From Felis catus (Eukaryota): 64,000 nucleotides of DNA. Every line of letters starts with the position of its first letter. Position 1 is the first letter of the stretch. The stretch is from contig NC_058368.1 of NCBI RefSeq assembly GCF_018350175.1, positions 138,510,001 through 138,574,000 on the forward strand. The letters run 5' to 3'. The notes beneath the pieces were generated by a model, which was given only the letters and a program-made list of their open reading frames with translations, made no database searches and had not been told where the DNA came from. A program made the translations under genes and the position numbers. Below, piece after piece: positions 36,778-50,274 of the stretch.

Positions 36778-38003
36778 ATAGCTCCTCTTAATGCTGACCC
36801 TCTCTTCTGGTCCATGATTTCAAAGGAAAGACGTTATTTTATATAATTTCTTGCCTTTGGACCATGCAGACTGGCCTTTTCTCTAACACTTCTGGTGAAG
36901 AGGTCTCCATCTGAAAGACATATAAACAAATGAGGGTACATTTTGTAGTCTATCACAGGAAGAAAAGCTTAAAATGCTATCGTTGAGTGTGCCATAGGTA
37001 AGTTATTTTATGATTGCAACAGCCACCTGCCTTTAAAGTTTACAAGCCAAATTTGTCCCACTCTTATTTTAGGTGAGAAGTTGCAAGCTTCAATGGGATA
37101 ATTAGTCAAGTAATTATTTGACCAAGGTAAATTGGCCCCGAACTATGTAAGTAGATGGGATTTTTAGCCTAAAGCCAGGGCAAGTCAGACTAGTCCTACC
37201 TTTGAGATGAAGAAATGTTTATCTCATGATAAAACTTCAACATTGACACCTGGACATCAGAGCGCGTGGGTCGCTTTGCTTTCCAACACAGGGACCAGTC
37301 TCCAGGTTCTGCCTGAGGATCTGTGCAAACAATGAATTCTCCAGAGCGAGTGTCTCTGAGTCATGCTAACCATCCATTCCTCCAGGCCCTCTGAGCTCTA
37401 GCTGTATGTCAAGATAAATCACCAGAAAGTTATGGGTCTGGACCACATCAGCTGAACTCCCCAAAGAAAGATCTTCACTGAGTTATGATTTAATAAGCAG
37501 CCTGCCCTCAGTGTTTATTGCAGGTCAGTGTAAGAAGTGGCTATAAGAAAATCATTTCTGCATCTTCAGTAAGCCACTTTTAGTCTACATTGTCATTTAT
37601 ATCAAAGTCCATTCAACAAAAAGCTCCAAGAATTTACTGCCAGGAGAAAACAAGTCCCTAACAAGAACGCCTAAGATTCTTTGATCAGATACTAAAAACT
37701 ATAAAACACAGCACCTCTCTCCTTTTTGTCTGATGGCTTTGAGGCTTAGAGCTTAACTTAGTGCTCACGTCTGGCAACTCTCTTTAGCTGAGGTCTCTGA
37801 TGTATTTCTCCCCTCTCCCTTCTAATTTCGAGACTTTGACCTATTTTTGATCCTTAATTTAATGTGTCTTCTTTTGTAAATGATGATTTTGGAAGTGGGC
37901 TGAGGCTTCTTTGCTTCTTTACTTGATCTTTCTGAGTCTTAGGCTCAGATAGCTCTCCTCTACCCCAAAGGAAGGTCTCAGGGGAGCAAGAGGGAAATGG
38001 TGT

Positions 38004-38226
38004 ATTTTTAAAAAAATTTTTTTAACATTTATTTATTTTTGAGACAGAGAGAGACAGAGCATGAACGGGGGTGGGGCAGAGAGAGAGGGAGACACAGAAT
38101 CGGAAACAGGCTCCAGGCTCTGAGCGGTCAGCACAGAGCCCGACGCGGGGCTCGAACTCACGGACTGTGAGATCGTGACCTGAGCCGAAGTCGGCCAGTT
38201 AACCTACTGAGCCACCCAGGCGCCCC
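38004..38226 (-). mobile_element. CAN-SINE
   Basis: Complete antisense SINE body. Confidence 0.95.
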
Positions 38227-39457
38227 TAAAAGAGGGTTTGTAACCTCCCACAGGAATCCACGCCCACATAGGCTGTGGTGGGGAGTACTCAGCATCTTGG
38301 GAAAATTGCTGTCTGAATAGAGAGGGCGAGAAACTGAATGGACCAATGTGGTAAGAAATGGGAAGCCTGAAGATGAATTTGTAGTCAGATGTCTGTTAAA
38401 ACCATCTGCTCTGACTTAGAATATATAGACTACACATACTCTTATTTTATGAAAATGACGTTTGCTGAAATGTCCGCATATTTCAAAGTCTTCAAAGCAG
38501 TACTTATTACTGGTGCATTATTTTTCATTTCCTTCTCATCAACCAATCAAAAACAAGACGCTGGGGCAACCAATCAAAAACAGGGCTCTCAGAGTGTGCT
38601 GCCAGGTCGGTAGGTTTTGAAAAGGTCCCAAATGGTCCTCTGCACTGGGGTCCATAGCATAGATATCTAAGCTCCTCCGTATTTCTAATAACACATGGCC
38701 CTTTCCGCAAGACTGCCAATTGCTACAGGTGTGTTTTATTAGTGGTCGGAGTGATAGGTCTTGTGTAGATTTTCTATCTCTGAAGTACCATGGATAGAGT
38801 GGAGGGGAATAAAAGAACAACCCGAAAGATAATTGTAGAACCTTGGGCAACTTAACAAGGAAGAAGGAAAGCTACCCTGGGGTAAAGGCAGATGTTTACA
38901 AATGGGAAATTTAACATGAATGCTGAATTTGATGAGAAGTGGGTAGTACAGAAGAGCCTAGAATAGCAAGAGCTTTGGAGACTGAGAGCAGGAGTTGGGG
39001 TTTGGGGACTTGCGGGCGAAAGTTTGAAACAGGAGAAAGAAGCAATTACCAAAGGAAAAGAGACGCTGAATAGAGATACTCACTAAGGACAACGATGACA
39101 AAGATCAATACACATGACCCAGGCAGGTGAGACCAAGAAAAGGATCCTCAAAAGAATGCTCGTGTAGGTGTGTAGATACTGGGGCCCTCCTTCAAAACTT
39201 AGTAGAACTCATCTTGCCAAGTTGTAAAAGTGCTTGAACTAGGTGGGTGCTGACTTGAGACCTAAATCCGGGTTTCTGGAAAGACACAATAGGACCTACA
39301 GGTTGAAAGACAACAGGATTATTAATGGAGGTCAAGAGTATTTTTGAACAACAATGGTTCTTACAAAATGGCATTTCGATTCATTAAGTGAATCAGAAAC
39401 ATGTGGATAAAATTTCTCTTGAAGCACATAGATGTCTTTAAAAAATTAAAAGTTGGC

Positions 39458-39683
39458 GGGGCGCCTGGGTGGCGCAGTCGGTTAAGCGTCCGACTTCAGC
39501 CAGGTCATGATCTCGTGGTCCGTGAGTTCGAGCCCCGCGTCAGGCTCTGGGCTGATGGCTCAGAGACTGGAGCCTGTTTCCGATTCTGTGTCTCCTTCTC
39601 TCTCTGCCCCTTCCCCATTCATGCTCTGTCTCTCTCTGTCCCAAAAATAAATAAACGTTGGAAAAAAAAATTAAAAAAAAAAA
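39458..39683 (+). mobile_element. Felid CAN-SINE
   Basis: Full structure; TSD-like AAAAGTTG. Confidence 0.96.
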
Positions 39684-40365
39684 AGTTGAAAGTGCTGACA
39701 TAATGCCCTTGGAATCTATTGCATCTTTCGAAGGAATGAATGAGATAGAAAATAGAGCTTGAAACGTTCTGTTCAACCCAAACCACTCGTGGGATCTTAC
39801 AAACTACTTGGTTATTTTTGTGTTAAGATTTTTATCCTTCTGTGTTCGTGTTTTATTAACTTTTCTTCACCGACTGACTCTTACATCAGCCTGTAATGTT
39901 GCTAAAAATCTCTTCATACGTGTCTTGGGAAAATGTTATTTCTTAATCTGAGATTAGATCAGAAGCATTGTCTTAATCTGTGCCCAATTTAATACCTAGA
40001 ACAATCTATAGCTTTTCTTGTATCTCCTGGCAACGGTACCTACAACGAACTCTACTTGTCCCATCCATCCTTCTGTGATGTATTCCTTGTGTGAATGGCT
40101 TTTAATCCTACTTCTGGTGGCAGAGGTTGAAATGGCCAGGACCCAAGGACCCCAAATCTCAGCCAGCTCCCTATTGCTGTCTCTTGACAGAGGGATGCTA
40201 AGACATCAACAGTGTTTGTTTGCCTAAGAGCTCTGTCCCCAAACGTGAAATCCCTGGTCCTGGTTATTTGGGTAGAGCTGTGGGCATAGTAACACTAAGT
40301 CTGCCTTCTGCTTCTACACACCAAGGCTGACAGGAAAACAACCCCCTTTACCCTGAAGCCCTAGA

Positions 40366-40652
40366 CCAGAACCATCCAACAGAAATATAATGTGAGTCAC
40401 AAATGTAAGGCTCATATGTAACTTTAAGTTTCCTAGGAGCAGGTGAAATTAATTTTAATATATTTTACTGAACCCAGTATATCTACAATATTACCATTTT
40501 AGCTTTTAATCAATAATAAGCATTTATATTTTACATTTTACAATGTGTACGAAGTCTTTGAGATCCTGTGTGCATTTTCCACGGCGAGCCCCACCTTTTG
40601 ATTGCTTTCTGGTCACTTGTAGCTAGTGGCCACCATGTTAGAACAGTTCTGG
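40366..40652. mobile_element. MER33/MER3-type hAT-Charlie element
   Basis: ccatccaacagaaatataatgtgagtcac...aggtgaaattaattttaata...gtagctagtggccaccatgttagaacag. Confidence 0.75.
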
Positions 40653-40774
40653 ACTTGTACTTTAATGCTGGCCTTGAAGTTGTATCATTGATGATGAGAG
40701 GGAGAATAAGAAGTTGAATGGAAGGATGTGAAGAAGCTACGGGAAAAGGGATCTCAGCCCTTAAAAGAATGTTT

Positions 40775-40945
40775 CCCAGTGTTTTTGTGAACTTCCTATG
40801 TCAAAATCACCTGGGATACATTTCATCGATAAAAATGGAGGATCCTGGGTTTGACACTGAATCTGCCTAATCAGAACATCTAATGTTGGGACCTAGGAAT
40901 CTACATTTTTAAAGCTTTTTGGATGATCCTTTTGTACACTGACCT
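40775..40945. mobile_element. MER5A-type MITE
   Basis: aaaatcacctggga...ctaatcagaacatct...gggacctaggaatctacatttttaa...gatgatcctttt. Confidence 0.65.
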
Positions 40946-40949
40946 GCCC

Positions 40950-41265
40950 TAGTGCCCGCAAGAGAAGTCAGACACATGGGCCGCTTGTCCTCGCAGAGTA
41001 ACTGTATTTTCTTTGTCTCTAATGTGTTTTCGCATTTTTTTAGCCATTGTTTTAAAAACAGACACACGTATGCCAAGTTTTGCATTCTCTTGAAAGCTCA
41101 GAAAATCTATAAACCGGAGCTTGCGTTTCCACATGGGAACAACTGATTGAAGGGGGCGACGGGCAATTTCGAGACAGAGTAAGGGCTGACCGGGTTGTGA
41201 CTGTCCATCCCAACCTGGCTCATTTCATTCCTCTATGTTACATGCTAGCCCCATAGACGTCTTGA
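40950..41265. mobile_element. MER102-like hAT-Charlie element
   Basis: ttgcgtttccacatgggaacaactgattga...cctggctcatttcattcctctatgttacatgctagccccatag. Confidence 0.5.
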
Positions 41266-41269
41266 AAAA

Positions 41270-41545
41270 AATTGATTTTTAAAATTCTATGGTAATTTGG
41301 GATTTACAGAAAAGTTGCAGTGACTGTTCAGCGATGTCCCATAAACTCTTCGCTTAGCTTCCCTGGTGTAACGTCTTCCATCGTGTGGTGCATTTGTCAA
41401 AACCACGATGCTAACACTGGTGTATGACTATTGACTGGACTGCAGGCTTTATTCATATTTCACCGTTTCTTCCATGAATGTCCTTTTGCTGTCCCAGGAT
41501 CCAATCTGGGATCTTACCTTGCATTTGACCCTATAGTCTTCTGAG
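41270..41545 (-). mobile_element. Old L1MC/MB 3' end
   Basis: gggatttacagaaaagttgcag...tgtcccaggatccaatctgggatcttaccttgcatttg. Confidence 0.75.
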
Positions 41546-41570
41546 TTTACAATTCAATGTAATTGAATTC

Positions 41571-41618
41571 AATGGTCTTCAATGGTCTTCAATGGTCTTG
41601 AATGGTCTTCAGTGGTCT
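41571..41618. repeat. 10-bp tandem repeat (AATGGTCTTC)x~5
   Basis: Direct reading. Confidence 0.9.
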
Positions 41619-44517
41619 ATCGCACGCATCCTTTCTCTCGGATCTTACCGATGTCCCGTCAGGCCCCCCCACGGCCAGGTGACACCTTCCAAGGGTGGCA
41701 ACCGCAGACGCACTTGAATTGCACCAGCTGTTCTGGCTGGACAATAAAAGCTGCATCTGTAAATTGAAAAAGCTCCACACATCCAGTGTGGAAAGAACAC
41801 TTCAGTATAGGGATCTTTTAGGCACACCTGCGCTCACCAGTGGCAATGCCAGTAACACCATCTTCTAATAAGCATTGTGATTTACTCTGAAGGGTTATTA
41901 TACGGCTTCGGTGTTTCGTGGGGCATGAGGTGCTGGGTTTGTGGCCACACACTTTGTATGCATGAACTTTTTCCACAGAACTACCTGGCCCAGTGCCTTT
42001 CCCATGTATGGGAAGGCTTAAATACATCACATCTGAATCTCCTAAGTAGTGAAATTGAGACGTACAGAACTTTCACTTTCCTTTCTGGCTCTGCTCAACA
42101 TGTAAATTTTCTTTCGGTCCAGTAGGAGTAAACCTCTTGAGAAAGTGTTTTTCTTTCTTGGCCAACCTTTCCTTGAGCAGAATTCCAATTGTGCAGTGCC
42201 TGAAACCACTAACTAGCATATATGGTGATTTGCCTTAACTGCAAGAACAAATCCAATTAACAAATCCATAAGGAACTGGGCTGGAACGGAGCCATTCTTC
42301 CAGGTGGAAACATCTTTCTGTTAGACATGCTTCTTGTACTATTCACCCACAGTCCTCCAGTTGTCCAGTTAATCCATGGCCTGACTGGGGGCGTCTGGAG
42401 TCTAATAAGTGCATCTTTACAAACTCCAAGGATCAAAGGCTAACACCTCAAATGACTTTGCTTTGTAATCTTGATCTTTTCCAGGGCTGTCTCCTTCTGA
42501 CTCGGACACCAGAAATAATTCAATGAACAACTGAAAGCAAAACCTTTTCACACACAGTGAAGTTCTGGAAAGGAAGCCAGTTAAGATCACACCAAAGCTA
42601 AGGTCCAAACAAACTAAAATAACTCAAGGCTATCAATGGGTTGGTTAGGGCTACTGTGACCGTACCATAAAGTGTCTTCTACCTTAAGCACCTATCACTG
42701 CAAGTGCAGAGTCATGCAGGTTCCTTGATTACTATCTAGAAGTTTAACTCCTATATTTTGTTGTGTTTCAAAGGAAATAAGAATACATACACTATTCGTA
42801 GACGATACTCTTCCTTTTAAAATCATCACTTTCCTTCCAGTTAACTGGTTGGTACTTGGTCTTCCTCTGAAGAGTCAGATCTGCCTCGAGCAAGACCAGG
42901 AAATTACCTTAGAAAATAATAGCTCATATTGATAAAAGAGTTTCCACTTTTCAAAATGGGGAGATACCCACATTTCATTCAATATCACTTCATTCTACTC
43001 TTTCTAGTGGCCTTGAGAGGAGAGTAAGATAGAGGGTCAGAGGCATTAAGGAAATTTCCTAAGCTTACACCTTCCTAAGCAACAGTCTGTATAAAACAAA
43101 CCAACCGACCAACAAACAAAAAACCAGGGATGGTCTCAAGTCTTCTGAGATTCTTCTGTCATGGTTTCTTGTGTCCCCCCTGGGCCCTTGTAATTTCTCA
43201 CTTCTTTCTGGAAAAATGCTTCACTTTGGATGACATTTATAGGCGTTACCTCTTCTGGGGCTATTAGATTCTTGATGGAATTCAGAGTGTCAGACAGAAG
43301 CTCCAACAATGGTGGAGTCCACAGCAAGCCCATGTCAGTGGAAGTGGTACCCAAGGCAGTAGCTTTTCCTGATTCTTGTTTATGTTTCTGTTTGGAGTTT
43401 GAGGACAGTAGATAGGGCCCAAGGAGTCAGTATAATTGTGGCCTGGTGTAGACATGCTTATTGTGAATCTAAAAGAACTAGACTGGGGGGAGGTCTCTAT
43501 TTCCAAAGTCAGGATCTGTGATGAGTCCTGATTAATGGGCTTCTTAGATCTCTGAAATCAGATCAAAGAAAATGAATTACCCAAGGATTTTGTTGATTTC
43601 GAGTTAGCATTTGCCTTTGTTTTACTTTTACTGGCTGGGCAGAATCATTATTGCGAAATTGCGAAATACATTTGTAGAAATCATTGTTTTAATTCTCTGC
43701 TAGAATAAAAAGTTAACGGTTTTATCCTGAGTCCACAATTACACTTCCCAAACCAAATGGTAAGACCGTGTTGAAATTAAAAGAGAAAGAAAGTGCCAGA
43801 ACTTGAATATATTTTGCTCTCCTTGTTAGAGGAATTTCCCAGTGTCTGCCTAGCACCCTCGCCCCAAGGATTTCCCATGGGTCCTCATTTTCCCAAGACC
43901 TCACAAGCACCTGAGGTCCCATTTATCTCTCTTCCTCCCAGCAGTGTCTTAGGGACCTGGGGGAAGGGGGTAATACCCTGCATTTAGTCTCCAGAAGCTT
44001 GTTGCCCTCATGTGGTTTTCACGTGTACATAATGACATGCTCAGAGTATGTCAGCCAGTACCATCTGGGGCGCCTGGAGCATTGTCTGGGAGCTTGTGAC
44101 AACTCAATCTAAGGCCAGAGGATGGGGAAATATATTGCATGATTACAATTCCCTTTTAGGCAGAGAGACTCTCTGGCATTAGGATGTCCACATCTGTTAG
44201 ACCCATTACAATCTCCGTTCCCCATGAGTATTACAATAAGAATAGCCATCAATCTAGCTAAATCGTAGCTCCTTTCTGGCCACTATTCTCTGGTCTGACC
44301 CAGTTTGTGCTGAACAAACATGGTGGGAGTGTCAGTCTCTAGTCAGAGGTGCTGGCCAGCCTTATACCTGCTTAAGTTGGTAAAGTCAAACCAGGCCACT
44401 TGGTACTGAGTTGACAGCCCCTGAAACGTCTGCAGCCTGCTATCACTCTGGTGACTAATTGTTAGGGGGAGGACATGTGTCCTGAATTCAACACATCTCT
44501 CCTCTGGCAATTAATGT

Positions 44518-44830
44518 CAGGGCTTCTCAATCTTTAGAATATGTAAAAATTACCTGGGAAGTTTGTTAGAACATCATTCTTGAGCCCCAACCTCATGAAT
44601 TCAGATTCAGTAGATCTGGGGATGTGTCTGGGAATTTGGTGGCCATAATTGGAGTAGTGGTGTTTTCTCTCCTTGGAACAAAAAAGCATGGCCTTCACAC
44701 TACTAACATTGCCATCACCTGGGAGCCTGTCAGAAATACACGTTCTAGGCCTCCACTCAGGCCCACTGAATCTGACTTTATATTTAATAAGGGCATTTTT
44801 TTCACCTTAAAGTTTGATATCCACTCTTCT
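44518..44830. mobile_element. Two adjacent MER5-type MITEs
   Basis: cagggcttctcaatc...attcagtagatctgggg, then catcacctgggagcctgtcagaaatac...cccactgaatctgac. Confidence 0.65.
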
Positions 44831-45436
44831 TTACAATTCATTTAGCACTGAATACAGAGTGGCAGGTCATGGACTTGGAAAGATCCTTAGGAATTCAGAT
44901 GCTCTTGGTCCTTGACTTCAGAATGGTAAGTTATTCAACCTGGGTTGCTTTGCATGATCCAATTCCTATGAATATTCATGTATTTCACTAGAATTTTAAT
45001 AACTTCAAAAGGCAGTGGCCATATCTTAAGATCTTTGTACAAAATATTCTGCATACAGTAAGCATGCATCAAGGATTTGTTGGTCAATTGGTTAATCATA
45101 AGAATAGTGTGAAGGCACTTCATAAAATGAAGGAATGGTCTCCGTTTCATTCATAAAGAAAGCTGTATCACCAGTTGTGACCTGTGGTTAGTGTTTCATG
45201 TGAATTTACAAGCCAGAAAGCTGAAGAACAATCACAAATTTGCAGTGTCTGAACTCTCACTGGCATATTCTCAGTGTTGCTTCTAACATTTATGGGGAAA
45301 GTAGCTACAGTAAATAAAGAGTTAGCTGGTAAACCCTTGTCCCTCTCCATTCCATCCATTGCTATAGTTGAGAAGTTTTAATTCGGGGAATGATAGGAAC
45401 ACCAAATCAAAACGACGTTAAAAACAAACAAAACTT

Positions 45437-45663
45437 GGGGTGCCTGGGTGGCTCAGTCGGTTGAATGTCTGACTTTGGCTCAGGTCATGACCTCATGGTT
45501 CATGGGTTTGAGTCCCGCGTTGGGCGCTGTGCTGACAGCTCAGAGCCTGGAGCCTGCTTCAGATTCTGTGTTTCCCTCTCTCTCTGCCCCTCCCCCCACT
45601 CATGCTCTGTCTCTGTCTCTCTCTCACTCTCTCAAAAATAAACATTAAAAAAAATTTAAAAAA
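45437..45663 (+). mobile_element. CAN-SINE
   Basis: Full SINE structure. Confidence 0.95.
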
Positions 45664-45919
45664 CAACAACAGAACCCCACTTGAAAGGGGTAACTGATTT
45701 TGTCATCAATCATTCCAAATAGGCTACGTCATCATTCTCTGGGCATTGTGATAAAGGATAAAGCCTTCATCAAACCCTAATGTTTGAATCAGTAATACCT
45801 TCGAATACAAGCTGATTTGCTCTGACTTACAGCTAGAGACTTAGATCTTTCATACCCCTGAGGGCTGAGAAGGGTATAAAACATACTCGACAAAAAATAT
45901 TTATGGGTTGCCTACTAGG

Positions 45920-46066
45920 ATTCAGTATGGTTCACAGACCAGAAGCCTGGGCATCACTTGAGAGCCTGTTGGAGATGCAGAATTTTAGGCCCTAGCCCAG
46001 CCCTCCTGAATCAGAATCTGCCTCCCAGTGATCTGTGTGCACATCAAAGAGTCAGAGGTGCTGGCG
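45920..46066. mobile_element. MER5A MITE
   Basis: ggcatcacttgagagcctgttggagatgcagaattttaggccc...ctgaatcagaatctgc. Confidence 0.75.
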
Positions 46067-46249
46067 TAGAAGGCCTCTATAAGGTTAAGGTTAAGTCCTC
46101 AGCGTTAACAAGAAGGAGCCAGACGTTTGGCTGGTCTGGGGAAGGACAGTTAAGCACAGGAAATACAGTGTTTTGGCCCCTGACATAAGTGGGTGGGGAA
46201 GAATGGGTAGAAGCCATCCTGCCAGGTTGGAGCCTGGCAGGAGAGGACA

Positions 46250-46745
46250 ACAGGATAAGAAGTGGAAAGTGGAAACAGGAGACTAATCCTATCATGCCTA
46301 GAAGCCACTGTTGGGAGCTTGGATTTTTCTCCAAGAGCAAAGCAGGATACTGATAGGTCTCAGGGAGTGAGGAATCCTTGTCTGATTCGGAGTTGTGATA
46401 CGTTTTTGGGATAAAAATCCCCAAGTTTAGTTGACGAATTCGATGTGGGCTAGTACTTAAGAGAGTGCGGGATGAGGGAAGGAGAGACCTTGAGAATAAT
46501 TCCTCTGTGTTGGGAAGATTATAACACTGTTTTTACCAAGATGGAAAGACTAGAGGAAGAGAATGGGGGGTGGGGGCAATGGTGAGGGGTGCAATCAGCA
46601 GGTAAACTTGAGATGTCATGAGACATCCACCTGGAGAGGGGGACTTAGCAGTTAGATCCACAAATATGGCGATGAACAGAGACCAGGCCTGGAGATGTGA
46701 ATTTGGAATCTCTAGACTCTCAGATGCCATGTTGTCCTCAGTGTG
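46250..46745 (-). mobile_element. L2 fragment
   Basis: ttgagatgtcatgagacatccacctggag...ggcctggagatgtgaatttggaatc. Confidence 0.6.
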
Positions 46746-48214
46746 AAGTTGCAGGCAGAGGGCCATTTGGCAGACGATAGAAACTCTAGCTTGAGTGACA
46801 TCAAGCCCTTTTCAGTGTTAGGCTCAGTATTCTCTGGAAATACCGAAGGTCTGCATTTTCCCAGAGCCATGAAGCCAACAATCTCATTGCTGAGGAACTA
46901 CTCAGAAGGAAACAGAAACAGACTCCGATCATGCAAAGTTCTGAAATCCCATCTATCCTGAGTTTATACATGACTCTCAAGTGTGACTAGTCACTCTCCC
47001 AGACCAAAGCCAATTAGAATTAACCCGTTTAACTGTGACCCTGTTTATTGTTTGCCTCTCTTACGAGCAGGCCTGAGAGTGGTGGAAGGTTTTTAGAGAC
47101 AAAGACAGCAAGACAGTAACAAGTGTAAGTCTGACATCCAGGGGAGAATTAGAAAAATTGTTGGAGCTCAATAAATCTAAGACCCTGAGACATTTACCTA
47201 GGAATTTTCCACCACAGCTCATAACTCAACAGGCCCCGATGTCATTGCTTATCTGGAGCACAGTAAAATTATCCACGTTCATGGTGATGATTCTGAGTCA
47301 TCAAGAAGAGGCTGAAATATGTTCAGTCACTAGATTTAAAATGGCAAGAAATATGACATACGTCTATAAAAATTATTTTAACAAAATACAGCTAAGATGA
47401 GTACTTTGGACTTGAATATTTTGTTCTCAAGATAACCCAACGTCACATAGGAATTGGAAGCTTTATCACCCACTGATGCCATCTGTACAAATGAGGCAAC
47501 ACCGCCCTATTCTTCATAAACAATTGTCTTCTGCATACTGCAGTCAGTTTAGTTTAGTGATGAGTACATAGTCCTCATGACCACATAGCTTTATCTGAAG
47601 GCTAACAAAAGTCTTCTCTGGAAACAGTACCAGACTCTTGTTCTGTGCTGACAGGGGCATTTTCCTTCTGAGCACAGTTACCACTTAGTTACCAAATAGA
47701 AGAATGCTGGAAATCTCTGCCAAAGAATAAACAAATGCAAAACGCCACCCGAGGGGAGAGAGGCAAAGGAATAAAACCATGTGTGCAATTCCTACCTGGA
47801 AAGCCTGGCGGTAATGGGCTGAGGGTCAGGCCCTCTTGGGAATACAAGCTATTTGATGCAGGCGCTCCCAGTGCGGGAGTAAACCTGCATGTGCTTCGTA
47901 TATCGTGAGTACTGAATACACGGAGGGCAGAATAGACACTCACGGATTTCTTTCCTGCTTTATCTGGAAGGGTGAGGATTAGCACTAGAGTCTCCGCTCC
48001 AGTCCTATGAAATTTCTCATGTTTAATGGATCAGAGGGGCCGTTTGTGAAGAAAACTACCTAAAACTGGCATCAGGGAAATGCTAGCGGGTGAGTTGGGG
48101 ATGAAGGTCTAACGGCAGGTGAGCACAACTTAAATGAAAGTCCTCTGGAAAGAGGACCGTGAAGTTTTATTTACCAAGTTCTTTTCCTCCATAGCATCAC
48201 ACACAGACACACCC

Positions 48215-48256
48215 TCACTCACTGACTCACTGACTCACTGACTCAGTCACTCACTC
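48215..48256. repeat. (ACTC/ACTG)n microsatellite containing three TGACTCA
   Basis: cactcactgactcactgactcactgactcagtcactcactc. Confidence 0.9.
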
Positions 48257-48597
48257 CTCTGGGCTGACGTCATGCCTACCGTAGGACATCTAGGCTGCAT
48301 CTGGGGGCTGCAGGTGAGCTACAGGCTCGAAGCAGTTGTTTCTTTCTGTGGATCCGGCCTGCTGACAGTATTTGTAAGACAGTTTGGCAATAAAGATGTT
48401 TTAGATTCGCTAACAACAAAAGCCATGTTTACGTATCGCAGGGAAATTGTACAACGTTGGGAAGGGTTTGCACGACATCCCGGCCAGGCTGGCATATTAG
48501 GTACAAGCACCACCAAAAAACGTGCATAATACTGCAATTCAGATTGACTACTTCCCTAGCCAAAGTGACTCAGTTCAATCAAAAATAGAATCTAGAC

Positions 48598-49044
48598 GGG
48601 GTGCCTGGGTGGCTCAGTCGGTTGAGCGTCTGACTTTGGCTCAGGTCATGATCTCACATTTCGTGGGTTCAAGCCCCGCGTCGGGCTCTGTGCTGACAGC
48701 TCGGAGCCTGGCGCCTGCTTCAGATTCTATGTCTCCCTCTCTCTCGGCCCCTCCCCTGCTCGCGCTCTGTCTCTCTCCGTCTCTCAAAAATAAATAAATG
48801 TTGGGGCGCCTGGGTGGCTCGGTCGGTTAAGCGTCCGACTTCGGCTCAGGTCACGATCTCGCGGTCCGTGAGTTCGAGCCCCGCGTCAGGCTCTGGGCTG
48901 ATGGCTCGGAGCCTGGAGCCTGCTTCCGATTCTGTGTCTCCCTCTCTCTCTGCCCCTCCCCTGTTCATGCTCTGTCTCTCTCTGTCTCAAAAATAAATAA
49001 ACGTTAAAAATAATAATAAATAAATAAGTGTAAAAAAAATTTTA
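48598..49044 (+). mobile_element. CAN-SINE (outer), tail split by a second SINE
   Basis: Outer TSD AAAAATAGAATCTAGA at 48581-48596 and 49045-49060. Confidence 0.93.
48803..49017 (+). mobile_element. CAN-SINE (inner, nested)
   Basis: Inner TSD AAATAAATAA(A/G)TGT at 48788-48801 and 49018-49031. Confidence 0.93.
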
Positions 49045-50047
49045 AAAAATAGAATCTAGAAAAGAACTACATCTAGGTGTAAAAGATCTGTCGACTCTCC
49101 GTAAAAGAGGCCACTGGAGTATAAGCTATAGTCATCGCAACAGGTAATGATAATCCCTGCTAAAACTTTAGGGAGAACTTCTGAGTTAGCCTCCCATTGA
49201 AGCCCTTTAATCATCTGAACATTGAACCATCTGATCTGATCTTCCTAACCCCATGCAGAAGGTACTACTCGTCTCCACTGAACATTGAAGGAACTGGGAG
49301 ACCCGGTGGGACAGCCCAGGTGAGAGAATGGCAGCAGAGGGGACAGTGAGGCACGGAGAGATGGAGACCTGCCCTGCCCCAGGTCACAGGACAGCTGGGT
49401 GGTAGGGACAGACCCCCTCCCCGCCGCCTGGGCTGGGCCTGGGCTGAGCACGCGTGCGTTCCCATGGCAGTGTGCGTCCCGAATGGGCCAGGTCCCTTCC
49501 CACAGGCCCTTCCCAGTTCACCAGCGCTAAATAAAGTGAAATAGGAAAGACAGACAATTAACAGGGCAAAGAAAGCCCTTTCGGTTCTTCTTGTAATAGC
49601 TGGGCCCAAGTGGCCATTTTGATACACATCAGAATGCGGTTCTTTGAGTATTAAAAAAAACCACAAGATACACAGCTAGGACTTTACGGCTTCTCAGAGA
49701 CTAGACGTGTGATAAGAAAGAGCCACCACACCCGGGAGGAGAAAAAAAGTCTGAAACTCTAAACTTTTGTGAAATTGGAAAAGAGCCACATGTCAGCATT
49801 TTCACCTCTTTCCCATATGGCGGGAGGCATTTCACACTGCTTTTCATAATTTCAATAAATCTGGTAAGTGATATGAATCCTCGGCATGCCAAGAGACATA
49901 TAATATGTGTATCAAAATAGATGTCTAGGTTGGTTTGTGACAAGAACCAGATTTCAGCAACTGAAGAGAACAAATCTGGCCTGGCTTTGGTTCAGTGGAT
50001 GGGTGAACAAGAACCAGGATCACTTTCTGCTTTTTTTTTTTCCCCCC

Positions 50048-50274
50048 TTTAATTTTTAAATTTTTTTTTTTCAACGTTTATTTATTTTTGGGACAGAGAG
50101 AGACAGAGCATGAACGGGGGAGGGGCAGAGAGAGAGGGAGCCACAGAATCGGAAACAGGCTCCAGGCTCTGAGCCATCAGCCCAGAGCCCGATGCGGGGC
50201 TCGAACTCACGGACCGCGAGATCGTGACCTGGCTGAAGTCGGACGCTCAACCGACTGCGCCACCCAGGCGCCCC
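50048..50274 (-). mobile_element. Felid CAN-SINE
   Basis: Complete antisense SINEC_Fc. Confidence 0.96.
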
